Source: Candidatus Latescibacterota bacterium (GTDB taxonomy: Bacteria; Latescibacterota; UBA2968; GCA-2709665). From it: DNA of 64,000 nucleotides. The stretch spans positions 2,208,001 to 2,272,000 of the forward strand of contig OZ220733.1 of NCBI GenBank assembly GCA_965116875.1, written 5' to 3'. Each line of letters starts with the position of its first letter. The first letter of the stretch is position 1. Below are positions 47,810-57,894 of the stretch, in pieces. The notes under the pieces were generated by a model that was not told the DNA's origin, did no database searches, and saw nothing but the letters and a program-made list of their open reading frames with translations. The position numbers and the translations under genes are program-made.

Positions 47810-48206
47810 TCGCTGCCTCCGTATCCAGAAGCGGTTTGAAAATCCCCGGCGGACGCAACGGCAATTTGCAACACCGCGCCGGGAAGATTTCGAGCCGTGT
47901 GCAATGTAGGATATGCCCTTCGGGATGTCAACGGGCATTTTACGCTTTTCGGCAATCGGGCTGTGCATATATTAGCCCCAATTCGAAAAAAACAGCAACC
48001 GGGCGTCGTGATGCACTTTCCCCAAACGGGGCGTAACCGTCGTCCGGACGGACATTTGTTCCGTTCACGTCCATTGACCTGATGTGTCCTGGTAATCAGC
48101 AGTTGAATCGCCTTTATTAACTGGCACTTATTCGAATTAACGTTCTCGAAGAATAACGAATCAAGGTTAGGCGGTCGGCGAATCGCCGTCGTTTGGGGGC
48201 ACGGAT

Positions 48207-49721
48207 ATGGAAGAAAAGAAACCATCCGGCACGAAAATGCAGAGAATCGGTCTGTTCGCCGGACCCGCTCTGGCGATCGCACTTCTCCTGTTCTTCGAAC
48301 TGGAACCGGGACGGCCGGCCGTGACCGGGACGGCTGCCGTGGCCTTGCTGATGGCCGTCTGGTGGATGACGGAAGCCGTGCCGCTCGCGGCAACCGCGCT
48401 GCTCCCGGTCGTGCTGTTCCCGCTGCTGGGGATCATGGACGGAAAGGAAGTTGCGCCCATCTATTTCAACCACGTCATCTTTCTCTTTGTGGGCGGCTTT
48501 ATGGTGGCTCTGGCCATGCAGCGCTGGAATCTGCACCGGCGGATTGCGTTGCGCGTATTGCTCTGGTGCGGCGTTCAACCGCGCCGGATTCTGCTGGGAT
48601 TCATGGTTTCGACGGCGTTTTTGTCGATGTGGATCTCCAATACGGCCACCACGATGATGATGGTGCCAATCGTACTGGCGGTGGTGTTGAAGATCGAGGA
48701 GAATGCGGCGCAAAAAAGACTTGCCACGGGTTTGTTTCTGGGCGTGGCTTACGGCGCCTCCATCGGCGGCGTGGCAACGCTGGTGGGAACGCCGCCGAAC
48801 CTCTCGTTCGCCCGGATTCTGAATATTCATTTCCCCCACGCGCCGGAGATCTCGTTCGCGAGCTGGTTCCTGTTCGCATTCCCGATTTCCCTGCTGTTCC
48901 TGGTCCTGGCCTGGCTCCTGTTGTGCTGCCTTCACACGGGCGGCCGGCACGAGAAGACTTTCGACCGGAGTGTTCTTCGGGATCAGTACAGAGCCCTGGG
49001 GCCCCTCTCCTACGAGGAGGCGGTGGTTCTGGCGGATTTCGTTCTGCTCGCGTTTCTCTGGCTGTTCCGGAACGAGATCCGGATCGGCGCTGCGGTAATA
49101 CCTGGATGGTCGGGGCTGTTTCCGGGCGGTGCGTATCTGAATGACGGCTCCGTCGCGATGGGAATGGCGCTTCTGCTTTTTCTGATCCCGGCGCGCAGCG
49201 CTTCCGCGGAGAAGATTCTGGACCGGCAGACCGTTGGGAAACTCCCCTGGCATATCATACTGCTCTTCGGCGGAGGCTTCGCCCTGGCGACAGGGTTCAT
49301 GGAATCGGGTCTGTCCATGTGGTTTGGTCATCGCCTGGCGGGGCTCAGCGCGGTTCATCCCCTGCTTCTGGTGACCGTCCTCTGCCTGATGATCACATTC
49401 CTTACCGAATTGACGTCGAACACCGCCACGGCCGAGATGTTCCTGCCCATTCTGGCGGCGTTGGGCGTCGCGATTCAGGTGAATCCCCTTTTCTTGATGA
49501 TTCCCGCCACGCTGTCCTGTTCGTTCGCATTCATGCTGCCTGTCGCCACGCCGCCGAACGCAATCGTGTTCGGCACGGACCGCGTCCGGATGAGGGATAT
49601 GGTGCGCGTGGGTCTGATATTGAATCTGACGGGAGTCGCCATCGTCGCCGGCGCCATTGATCTGCTGGGCGGGTCTGCTTTGGGAATCGAGCTGACGGGC
49701 TTGCCCGAGTGGGCGAAATAG
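48207..49721 (+). CDS. SLC13/DASS sodium-coupled di/tricarboxylate or sulfate symporter
   Basis: WWMTEAVP, SMWISNTAT, GTPPN, TELTSNTA, FMLPVATPPNA. Confidence 0.93.
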   Translation: MEEKKPSGTKMQRIGLFAGPALAIALLLFFELEPGRPAVTGTAAVALLMAVWWMTEAVPLAATALLPVVLFPLLGIMDGKEVAPIYFNHVIFLFVGGFMVALAMQRWNLHRRIALRVLLWCGVQPRRILLGFMVSTAFLSMWISNTATTMMMVPIVLAVVLKIEENAAQKRLATGLFLGVAYGASIGGVATLVGTPPNLSFARILNIHFPHAPEISFASWFLFAFPISLLFLVLAWLLLCCLHTGGRHEKTFDRSVLRDQYRALGPLSYEEAVVLADFVLLAFLWLFRNEIRIGAAVIPGWSGLFPGGAYLNDGSVAMGMALLLFLIPARSASAEKILDRQTVGKLPWHIILLFGGGFALATGFMESGLSMWFGHRLAGLSAVHPLLLVTVLCLMITFLTELTSNTATAEMFLPILAALGVAIQVNPLFLMIPATLSCSFAFMLPVATPPNAIVFGTDRVRMRDMVRVGLILNLTGVAIVAGAIDLLGGSALGIELTGLPEWAK

Positions 49722-49793
49722 CGCCCGTGCGGAAACGTTAGACCGGACGGGCCGGAGGGGCTCCGGTATCCGGTTTCAGGAGTGAGGAACGCG

Positions 49794-50792
49794 ATGTACG
49801 AACCCATTGACACGATCATGCTGAAGTCGGGCGAACGCGTGGAAGCCGGAGTCGTGAAAGGGCCGGACCCGGATTGGGCGGAGCGGATCGAAGCGCTTCT
49901 GGAGCACAAGGGCAAAATCTGGCGCTGGGGTAATACGATGGTACTCAGGGAACGCCTGGACGTCGATGCGTACTTTTATATTCTGCATCGCGGCGGGATT
50001 CCTTTTGCCAATATGAGCACGGTCGAAACGCGGGGGGTGGGGATATTCGGACACGTGTATACGAGACCGGAGGACCGGCGGAAGCGGGCGGCGACGGAAT
50101 TGATGCGCGTAATGATGGATCATTTCAGACGGCGGGACGGACGCGCGCTCTACCTCGGGACGGGTTACGACTCGCACCCCTATCACATATACAGGGCGCA
50201 CGGATTTGAAGGCCTGGAACCTCACAGCGGCTATATGGATTACCATACGACTTCGAGGGATGCGTTCGAGGCGGGATATTTCGCGAAAGGACCGGCGGAA
50301 GCGGCTGCGCTGGACTGGCGGGACTGGCCTGCGTCGACGGCCCTGTTCACCGGAGGTTTTCCCGGTGTGACGCGATGCGCCGGAATGCGGATTTTCGGAC
50401 GGCAGTCTACGGAGAGCCCGCTCCTGCCGTTCATTCGGGACGCATGTACGCGCAGGGAAGACGGCAGAAACGCGCGGGTACAGGTGATGCGGCAGAGGGA
50501 GACCGCGGCGGTGACGGGCCTGGCGATGTGGTCATCCGACAGTCTATGGCCGCGAAGCTGTGTGGTGGACGTGTATTGCCATCCCCATTTCTGGGATCGC
50601 TCGCAGGACCTGTTGGGCGCGCTGTCGCTTCCGGACGCGGAAAGGTATCTGGCCTATTGCGACGCGGGATTCGAACCGAAGGCGGAGGCGCTGTCCCGGG
50701 CCGGATTCCGCCCGTCCGTGACGTACGGACGCCGGGTCGCCCGCGACTGCGCGCGAACGGGATACGTCGACGTGACGGCGTGGGAAAAATGA
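49794..50792 (+). CDS. GNAT family protein (two-domain)
   Basis: GHVYTRPEDRRKRAA, LYLGT, IY..HGF; second degenerate GNAT-like half. Confidence 0.7.
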   Translation: MYEPIDTIMLKSGERVEAGVVKGPDPDWAERIEALLEHKGKIWRWGNTMVLRERLDVDAYFYILHRGGIPFANMSTVETRGVGIFGHVYTRPEDRRKRAATELMRVMMDHFRRRDGRALYLGTGYDSHPYHIYRAHGFEGLEPHSGYMDYHTTSRDAFEAGYFAKGPAEAAALDWRDWPASTALFTGGFPGVTRCAGMRIFGRQSTESPLLPFIRDACTRREDGRNARVQVMRQRETAAVTGLAMWSSDSLWPRSCVVDVYCHPHFWDRSQDLLGALSLPDAERYLAYCDAGFEPKAEALSRAGFRPSVTYGRRVARDCARTGYVDVTAWEK

Positions 50793-50855
50793 GCGCGAAC
50801 CGGCCAGGCAAGCGGCAACCGAGAGCGGGGCGTTCCGATGGACCGCCCCTTTTAT

Positions 50856-52619
50856 TCAGTCGGCCGCGTTATTCCTGGCCTGGGGAATACGCCAGCCGCG
50901 TGAAATCTCCTGCGTACGCACCATGCGGGCGTAGAGCCCATCCTGAACCATCAGGTCCTCATGGGCGCCCGACTCAACAATGCGTCCGTCGTTGCAGACG
51001 AGAATCTTGTCGGCATTGCGCACCGTGGACAGCCGATGTGCGATCACAATCGTTGTACGATGGCGCGTCAGGCGTGCGATGGCTTCCTGGATAAGGATTT
51101 CGGTCTCCGCGTCCACGGAGGAGGTGGCTTCATCCAGGATCAGGATCGGGGCGTCTTTCAACACCGCGCGGGCAATGGACAGCCGTTGCTTCTGGCCGCC
51201 GGAAAGCCGGATGCCCCGCTCTCCGACAAGCGTGTCGTAGCCTTCGGGCAGATCCAGGATGAATGCCTCCGCGTTTGCCGTCCGGGCCGCTTCCCGGACC
51301 TCCCGGTCCGTCGCCTCTGGACGACCGACGAGCAGGTTCTCGCGTACCGTCGCATGAAACAGAAAGACATCCTGGAAAACGGTCGCGATGTGTGAGCGCA
51401 GGTGGCCCAGCCGCAGGGTGCGGACGTTGTGCCCGCCAACGAAGACGCCGCCGCGCTGCGGGTCGTAAAAGCGTGGTATCAGACTTGCGACTGTGGTTTT
51501 GCCGGCGCCGGTAGGACCGACGAGGGCGATGATTTCACCGGCCTCAACGTCGAATTCGACCCCATTGAGTACGGGACTTTCCGGGTCGTAACCGAAAGTG
51601 ACGTTCCGGAACCTGATGTCCCAATCCATGGATTTCGGCGCAACGGCGTCGGCGGCGTCATAGATGTCCGACTCGACCTCGAGGAGTTGGAACACGCGGT
51701 CCGTGCTGGCCGCGGCTTTCTGAAGGATGTCGTTGAACGAGGCGAGTTGGAGAAAAGGCTGGTAGATGTGGCCCATGTAGACAATGAAAACAAAAAGGTC
51801 CGCAACCGAAATGACGCCTTCCAGCGCCATATTACCACCGCTCCAGATCACCAGAACAATGCCGATACCGCCGGCGGCTTCAATGATGCCTGCCGGAAGA
51901 AGGGATATGCGGTTGGCGGTTACGCTGCTGTCTCGAAACTTCCGGCTCCGGGCCTGAATCAGGCGGACGCGCCGGGTTTCCTGCGCAAAGGACTTGATTA
52001 CCGGGATGCCCGAAAAGCTGTCCTGAACCAGGGCGATGAGATCGGCCAGATGCGCGCGAACGGCGCTCCAGAGGGCGCGAACCTTCGAGACGTAACGGTA
52101 AACCAGAAAGGCTGTCAGCGGAATGGGAATCAGGGTGATGAGTGCGAGTTCGGGGTTCAGCGTGAACAGCACGACAATCATCGATACGGGTATGATCGCG
52201 GCCAATGCCGTCTCCGGAATACCGTGAGCGACAAAGTCCTCGAGGGCTTCAACGTCGTTGATCGAACGGGAAATGAGGTTGCCGGTACGCTGCGTGTTGA
52301 AAAAGCGATGGGGCAGGCTCTGCAGGTGTCGATAGATCCTCACCATCAGGTCGTGCATCACGCGGTAGGCGGCAATATGGGAAAAGTACCCGTATCCGTA
52401 TCTGGTCGCGCCGCGAAAGAGGTAGACCCCAACAAGAAGCAGACTGATCCGAATCAGATCGGCGCCGGTTGCGCCTTCCGTCAACCAGCGGATGAGTTCC
52501 CTGATCAGTAAGGGCGGCAGGAGGTTTGCGGCGGCAAAGAGGAGCCCGCAGACGACGGCGAGGGCGACAAGCAGGTGTTTGCCCTTCAGAATGCTGTAGA
52601 GTTGACCGGGAAAACTCAT
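50856..52619 (-). CDS. ABC exporter, fused permease/ATPase (MsbA/MdlB-like)
   Basis: N-terminal TM domain; GPTGAGKT, LSGGQKQR, ILDEATS, IAHRLST. Confidence 0.93.
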   Translation of the reverse strand: MSFPGQLYSILKGKHLLVALAVVCGLLFAAANLLPPLLIRELIRWLTEGATGADLIRISLLLVGVYLFRGATRYGYGYFSHIAAYRVMHDLMVRIYRHLQSLPHRFFNTQRTGNLISRSINDVEALEDFVAHGIPETALAAIIPVSMIVVLFTLNPELALITLIPIPLTAFLVYRYVSKVRALWSAVRAHLADLIALVQDSFSGIPVIKSFAQETRRVRLIQARSRKFRDSSVTANRISLLPAGIIEAAGGIGIVLVIWSGGNMALEGVISVADLFVFIVYMGHIYQPFLQLASFNDILQKAAASTDRVFQLLEVESDIYDAADAVAPKSMDWDIRFRNVTFGYDPESPVLNGVEFDVEAGEIIALVGPTGAGKTTVASLIPRFYDPQRGGVFVGGHNVRTLRLGHLRSHIATVFQDVFLFHATVRENLLVGRPEATDREVREAARTANAEAFILDLPEGYDTLVGERGIRLSGGQKQRLSIARAVLKDAPILILDEATSSVDAETEILIQEAIARLTRHRTTIVIAHRLSTVRNADKILVCNDGRIVESGAHEDLMVQDGLYARMVRTQEISRGWRIPQARNNAAD

Positions 52620-52716
52620 GGACAAAAACGATTCCTGCGGGCAAGAGGGATCCTGTGTTCGTGCGGGGCCGGATGCAGGTCTGATCGGGTTCGGACCCTG
52701 ACTTGTGCGGAAGACC

Positions 52717-53046
52717 TAACAGCCCGTTGAAAAAGTCCATCCGGGCTACGGCCGGCCCTTGCGGTCGAAAACCTGCGTTGCGCTCCCTCGCCGAATCGAA
52801 AGATGGGACTCGGTCGCGCGCCTTGTCTTCGACCACAATGGCAAGTGTTCCGCCCCGGAGATAGATTGCCGAAATTCGGCCGCCGAGTCGCCCGGCTGGC
52901 AAGGCGCCTGAGCAAGGCGCCCTGCTTACGGTCACCGAGCGAAGGCAACGCCGCCAGACGGGATGAATCGGCGGATGAATGGTGACATATTTCCGGGACG
53001 GGACACCAAGCCTCGCCTGCAGAGCGACTTTCTCAACGGACTGCTA
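52717..53046 (+). mobile_element. MITE family 1 copy B carrying a nested family-2 MITE
   Basis: Same ends and body as 11914-12081 plus a 162-bp insert. Confidence 0.8.
52845..53006 (+). mobile_element. MITE family 2, nested copy
   Basis: Own inverted ends GTGTTCCGCCCCGGAGATA / TATTTCCGGGACGGGACAC; homologous to 16339-16501. Confidence 0.75.
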
Positions 53047-53359
53047 AACCTAGGTTTCTCCGGGAGTAAAGTCAACTCCTTTGACGACACGGGGGCGTAT
53101 GCACTCCAATTTTCGGTTGTGTAAGAGGAACTTACATTCTATATTGTTGTCCAGTGTACGAAAATTTAGTGTTTTTAATATCTGCGCGCGCATTTTTAAA
53201 ATAAATGCTTATGGAATCCCGGTCGCGGAAGCAAGGGACTTCGTACCCGGTGCACGGACGCCACCGCCGCCGGCCGGAAGCGATGGCGTTACCTGACGAA
53301 GATCGTGCACAACGCCCAATCTATCGGCTGGACGGGGCGCATGCTTTAAAGGAGCGGCG

Positions 53360-54391
53360 ATGGAGACGTCGAAGTTTACCATTGATCCGATAGAGACCGA
53401 AACCGCGCTTGTCGAACGGATGACTGAACCGGTTCCCGAGGTGAGGGATGCGGTATCCAGAATCAACGGCGAGATTATGATACTCGGCATCGCCGGCAAG
53501 ATGGGGTTGACGCTTGGCGAACTCCTTGTGCGTTCCGGCGCAGCCGGCGTCATCGGGGTCTCTCGGTTCTCCAGTCCGGGTGATCGGGAAACCCTTGAAG
53601 CGAAGGGGGTACGGACGGTTCAGTGCGATCTGATCGATGACGATTCGCTTCGCGCCCTGCCCGATGCCGGCCATATTATCCTTCTTGCCGGGCACAAGTT
53701 CGGCTCAACCGGAAACGAACCCCTCACATGGGCAATGAACGCGATGCTTCCCGGCAAGGTGATGCAGCGGTTTCCGGATTCACGAATCGTCTATGTTTCT
53801 TCGGGAAACGTCTACCGGTTTGTTTCACCGGAATCCGGCGGATCGGTGGAGTCGTCGCCCCTGGGACCGGTCGGTGAATACGCGCAGTCCCGCCTTGGGG
53901 GCGAGCGGCTGGCGGCCTACTACGCCGAACGGAACGGTACTCCACTGGCAATTGTCCGGTTGTTCTACGCAACGGAGTTGCGCTACGGCGTATTTCTGGA
54001 TATCGCTCAGCGGGTCTGGACAGGACAACCGATCGATCTGAGCATGGGATATGTAAACCAGATCTGGCAGGGAGACGCGAACGCCTATCTTGCGCGGAGC
54101 TTTCCGTTCTGTGAAAGCCCCGCGCGGATTCTCAACATGACGGGGTCCGAACACCTGGAGATCCGCGACGTCGCATTGAAGCTGGGCGTGCTGATGGGGA
54201 GGACGCCTGTTTTTGAAGGCGAAGAGAGCCACACGGCCCTGCTGGGCAATGCGAGCGCGCTGTTCAACCTCCTGGGACTGCCCAGGGTCTCGTCCGCGGA
54301 GATGATGGAATGGGTGGCCGCCTGGGTGATGAATGAGGGTCCAACGCTGGGCAAGCCCACCAAGTACGAATCCCGGAACGGGCAGTTCTAG
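53360..54391 (+). CDS. NAD-dependent epimerase/dehydratase family protein
   Basis: ILGIAGKMG, AGHKFG, SSGNVY, GEYAQS..G.ER, RYGV, VNQIWQGDA. Confidence 0.85.
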   Translation: METSKFTIDPIETETALVERMTEPVPEVRDAVSRINGEIMILGIAGKMGLTLGELLVRSGAAGVIGVSRFSSPGDRETLEAKGVRTVQCDLIDDDSLRALPDAGHIILLAGHKFGSTGNEPLTWAMNAMLPGKVMQRFPDSRIVYVSSGNVYRFVSPESGGSVESSPLGPVGEYAQSRLGGERLAAYYAERNGTPLAIVRLFYATELRYGVFLDIAQRVWTGQPIDLSMGYVNQIWQGDANAYLARSFPFCESPARILNMTGSEHLEIRDVALKLGVLMGRTPVFEGEESHTALLGNASALFNLLGLPRVSSAEMMEWVAAWVMNEGPTLGKPTKYESRNGQF

Positions 54392-54442
54392 TATCCGGTC
54401 CATGATTAACGGTCTGATCGAGCGGGTTGGGAGATTCCGGCG

Positions 54443-55759
54443 ATGGGTGAACTGAAGGCCGGCGTTGCCGAGGTTACGATTACGCCGCCTGTCGGCATTT
54501 CCGTTTGCGGGTTCGGAAACCGGAAAGGGCCGGCCGAAACCGTATACGACGATCTGTTCGCTCGCGCGCTGGTATTGGACGACGGTCGGACGCGGTTGGC
54601 CATCGTTACATCGGATCTCATCTCCTTCGCACCCGACCTGGTTCAGCGGTTACGGGATCTGGTCGAACGCGATGCCGGAGTGCCGGGCGAGGGTCTGTTG
54701 CTGAACGGATCGCACTCTCATTCCGGACCCACGGTGATGTCGTTCCGCAGCATGGGATCGCGCGACGACGCGTACGAAGACGTCCTGTGCCGGCAGGTCG
54801 CCGGCGCCGTCCGGATGGCGGTGGACCGGCTGGTGCCCGTTTCGCTTCGGATCGGCCGGTCTCCGGTCAGGATCGCCCATAACCGTCGCGCCCGCCGAAA
54901 CGGACGGATGACGATCGGCCATAACCCCGAGGGCGCCGAAGCCCCCTGGGTGGACGTGCTTCGCATCGACGACCGGTCCGGTTCCCCGCTCGGGCTTCTT
55001 TATACGACGGCGGCCCACCCCGTCAATCTTCGTGGCCTGGCGTTCAGCGCGGAATTTCCCGGATATGCGGCACGGAAGATCCGGCGCGAGCTCAAAGGCG
55101 CGCTGCCGATGTTCGCGCAGGCCTGTTGCGGCGACATCAACTGCACGCCGATGGACGGCACCTTGAAGACAACCGTTCGGCAAGGCGAACTGCTGGCGGG
55201 GGCTGCCGTGAACGCCGCCTGTCACGCGGAACCGCTGCAATCGAACGGTCTGGGGGTGGCGCGCCAGGTGGTTTACCTTCCCACGAGAATCCCATCCGTG
55301 GATGAGGCGGAACGCGCCCTGGCAGATCAGAAAACCCGGGTGCGGGAAGCGGAGAGGGACCCCGAAGCAACCGAATATCTTGTCTGCCAGTATCGGGGAC
55401 AGATCGAGTGGGCTGAAGATTATCTTCGTACGGCGCAAAGCCGCCGTCCCCGGCCGGAAGCGTTCGAGATCCAGGCGATGAGAATCGGAGAGGCGGCGCT
55501 GGTGGCGTACCCGGGCGAGATGTTCGTGGATTATCAACTGGAAATGGACCGGACGTCGCCATTCAGGAAGACGTTCACCCTCGCGTACACCAACGGATGC
55601 ATCGGATACGTGCCAACGGCGAAGGCATTTCCCGAGGGGGGTTACGAAGTTGACCACGCATACCGTTACTATGGTACGTTAATGATCACATCGGCGTGCG
55701 AACGGATGATCAAATCCGCGACCGTCGAATTGCTGAACGGATTGAAATGCGACAGCTGA
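54443..55759 (+). CDS. Neutral/alkaline ceramidase N-terminal-domain-like amidohydrolase
   Basis: LKAGVA...ITPP, D.L.ARALVL, SHSHSGP, AAHP, SAEFPG, PGE.F, GYVPT..AF.EGGYE. Confidence 0.8.
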   Translation: MGELKAGVAEVTITPPVGISVCGFGNRKGPAETVYDDLFARALVLDDGRTRLAIVTSDLISFAPDLVQRLRDLVERDAGVPGEGLLLNGSHSHSGPTVMSFRSMGSRDDAYEDVLCRQVAGAVRMAVDRLVPVSLRIGRSPVRIAHNRRARRNGRMTIGHNPEGAEAPWVDVLRIDDRSGSPLGLLYTTAAHPVNLRGLAFSAEFPGYAARKIRRELKGALPMFAQACCGDINCTPMDGTLKTTVRQGELLAGAAVNAACHAEPLQSNGLGVARQVVYLPTRIPSVDEAERALADQKTRVREAERDPEATEYLVCQYRGQIEWAEDYLRTAQSRRPRPEAFEIQAMRIGEAALVAYPGEMFVDYQLEMDRTSPFRKTFTLAYTNGCIGYVPTAKAFPEGGYEVDHAYRYYGTLMITSACERMIKSATVELLNGLKCDS

Positions 55760-56739
55760 TGCCGGACAAGTTTATGCGCTTACTGCTCTTGTGCGGGTTG
55801 GTGTGCGTCTGGACGACACCGGGCGAAGGTGCAAGTATCAAGAAAGAGTCATTCGCCGAAGGGACGAGTTCCGCGGAGGAGGCGTTTGCGAAATATCGCC
55901 CGAAACGGATCGGGCTCATGGTTTTGGCGTCGGACCGGAACCCTGATCCCGGACTCCGATACACGGGTCGGGTTAACCTGGGATTCACGCGCCAGTTGCA
56001 GGGGGACCCGTTTCGGATGCCGCCCAGGTACGAACTTCGCTTATACGAAGCCATCCGTTCGGCGCTGCAGGCCAGGGGATACGAGGTCAGGCACCTGGGC
56101 AACTGGAATGGATTGCGACTTGGAGACGTGATTGACCGGTCAACTGACGTGGACGTGGTGTGTGCGGCCCATTATTATATTAAGCGCAACCACGCCATCG
56201 GCGAATTCGACGGCTTCAGATGGTCGTCTCCTTTCGAGGGAATGCATCTCTTTCTCAATGCCAGGTTCTACCACGTCGCAGGCAGGGAGTCGTTTTACGG
56301 ACTGGATGCGACGGCGCTTGGCACCGAGGAATTATATGAAAATCTGGGAAAAATCGTGGTAGAGGAACCACTCTATCCGGACGGCTACGACGAGCACGGG
56401 AGCCCAAATGCCTACAAGATCGCGGTGTACCAGACCTCACTGCGTGACTTGAAGCTTGCTGAACATCCGGTCCCGATCATACGGACGGCGGAAGGATCGC
56501 TCGACGTCACTTATGACGGCGGATGGATCAATAAGGGTCGGGTTCGGATGAAGAATGTGATGCGACGACTCAATATTCCCATTCCGGTGGAAGTCGCCAG
56601 ACAGAACAGCGTACTTGCGCGGATGCTCGAATACGTACCGTTCCGCCCGGGAAACGATGACAGAGAATATTTCGATCTGCTGGGTGTCACCAGACTCGGG
56701 CGCATCATACAACAGAGAATTCCCGATCAACGTCCGTAA
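55759..56739 (+). CDS. Hypothetical secreted protein
   Basis: Long ORF within operon, TGATG coupling, signal-peptide-like N-terminus; no family recognised. Confidence 0.65.
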   Translation: MPDKFMRLLLLCGLVCVWTTPGEGASIKKESFAEGTSSAEEAFAKYRPKRIGLMVLASDRNPDPGLRYTGRVNLGFTRQLQGDPFRMPPRYELRLYEAIRSALQARGYEVRHLGNWNGLRLGDVIDRSTDVDVVCAAHYYIKRNHAIGEFDGFRWSSPFEGMHLFLNARFYHVAGRESFYGLDATALGTEELYENLGKIVVEEPLYPDGYDEHGSPNAYKIAVYQTSLRDLKLAEHPVPIIRTAEGSLDVTYDGGWINKGRVRMKNVMRRLNIPIPVEVARQNSVLARMLEYVPFRPGNDDREYFDLLGVTRLGRIIQQRIPDQRP

Positions 56740-56797
56740 CAGTCCGTTGAGAGAGTCGCTCTGCAGGCGAGGCCGGATGGACTTTTTCAACGGGCCG
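56737..56797 (-). mobile_element. MITE family 1, internally deleted copy (~60 bp)
   Basis: TAACAGTCCGTTGAGAGAGTCGCTCTGCAGGCGAGGC-CGGATGGACTTTTTCAACGGGC. Confidence 0.75.
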
Positions 56798-56897
56798 GTG
56801 AGGAACGGAATCGGAGGGCGGTGCGTCAGCACAGGGCGATTGCGGGAGTTACGTCCGGCCGTTCGGTCCTTAATTTTGAAACAAAGGATACGAGTCC

Positions 56898-57893
56898 ATG
56901 GCTAAATTCAAACAGGATGAGTTGGAACTTGCGCCGGACATTACCGGAATAAAACTGGACACCGATTGTTTCTCGATGGTTGTTGTTCCGGAATTGGGTG
57001 GAAAGATTACCTCTCTTGTAAACAAGGCGACCGGACGCGAGTTTCTCTCGCGCACCAATATCCCCTACAGGAGGCGAACCTACGCGGACCGTTTCGAGAA
57101 TTACGAACGTGACGGCGCAGACGAGTGTTTTCCCACTGTCGAAGACTGTCCGTATCCCGCCTTTCCGTGGGCGGGAGTGCCGGTTCCCGACCATGGAGAA
57201 GTCTGGACGCTGCCATGGCAGTATGAAGTCAAGCAGGGACGCCTGCGGATGTGGGTGAATGGCGTCCGGTTTCCATACGTGTTTCAACGGGACATCCGCT
57301 TCGAGACACTGGCACGCGGAGAAAAGCCGTATATCCGGTTTTCTTACACCGTTCGGAATGAAAGCCCGTTTGACTTGCCGTTCGTGTATGCGTTCCACCC
57401 GCTTTTTAAGGTGGAAACCCGATCACGGATCCTGATACCTTCCGGTACGGATGTGGTATCCTACATGAGTACAGAAGACCGCCTGGGGCCGCCAATGACG
57501 CGGCATGCCTGGCCCAAAGTGACGGATTTGACGCTCGACAAGGCCTATAACCGGTCCTCGATCCGATCCAGTCGTACCAAAGAGGCGGAGAAGATCTACT
57601 CCACGCGCCTTGAGCAGGGCCGCTGCGCGCTGGTCTACCCGAACGGGGAGTTTATCGGCTTTCTGTTTCCGGCGAAAAAGCTCCCCCATCTGGGCTTATG
57701 GATTAACGAGGGCGGTTGGAACAACCTCCACCACGCGGCGCTGGAGCCCTCCACGTCGCAGGTCGACCGCCTGGATACGGCGTGGGGACTCAAAGCGTGC
57801 GGGGTCGTACCGGCCAACGGCCAGTATGAATGGGATATCAGCCTGATTCTCGGCGAAGGCGAAGAACGTCAGGAATTGCTCGGGGAATTTTGA
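56898..57893 (+). CDS. Galactose mutarotase-like (aldose 1-epimerase fold) protein
   Basis: VVPELGGKITSL, GADECFPT, PDHGEVW..PW, HPLF, LGLWIN.GGW, ALEP. Confidence 0.8.
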   Translation: MAKFKQDELELAPDITGIKLDTDCFSMVVVPELGGKITSLVNKATGREFLSRTNIPYRRRTYADRFENYERDGADECFPTVEDCPYPAFPWAGVPVPDHGEVWTLPWQYEVKQGRLRMWVNGVRFPYVFQRDIRFETLARGEKPYIRFSYTVRNESPFDLPFVYAFHPLFKVETRSRILIPSGTDVVSYMSTEDRLGPPMTRHAWPKVTDLTLDKAYNRSSIRSSRTKEAEKIYSTRLEQGRCALVYPNGEFIGFLFPAKKLPHLGLWINEGGWNNLHHAALEPSTSQVDRLDTAWGLKACGVVPANGQYEWDISLILGEGEERQELLGEF

Positions 57894-57894
57894 G

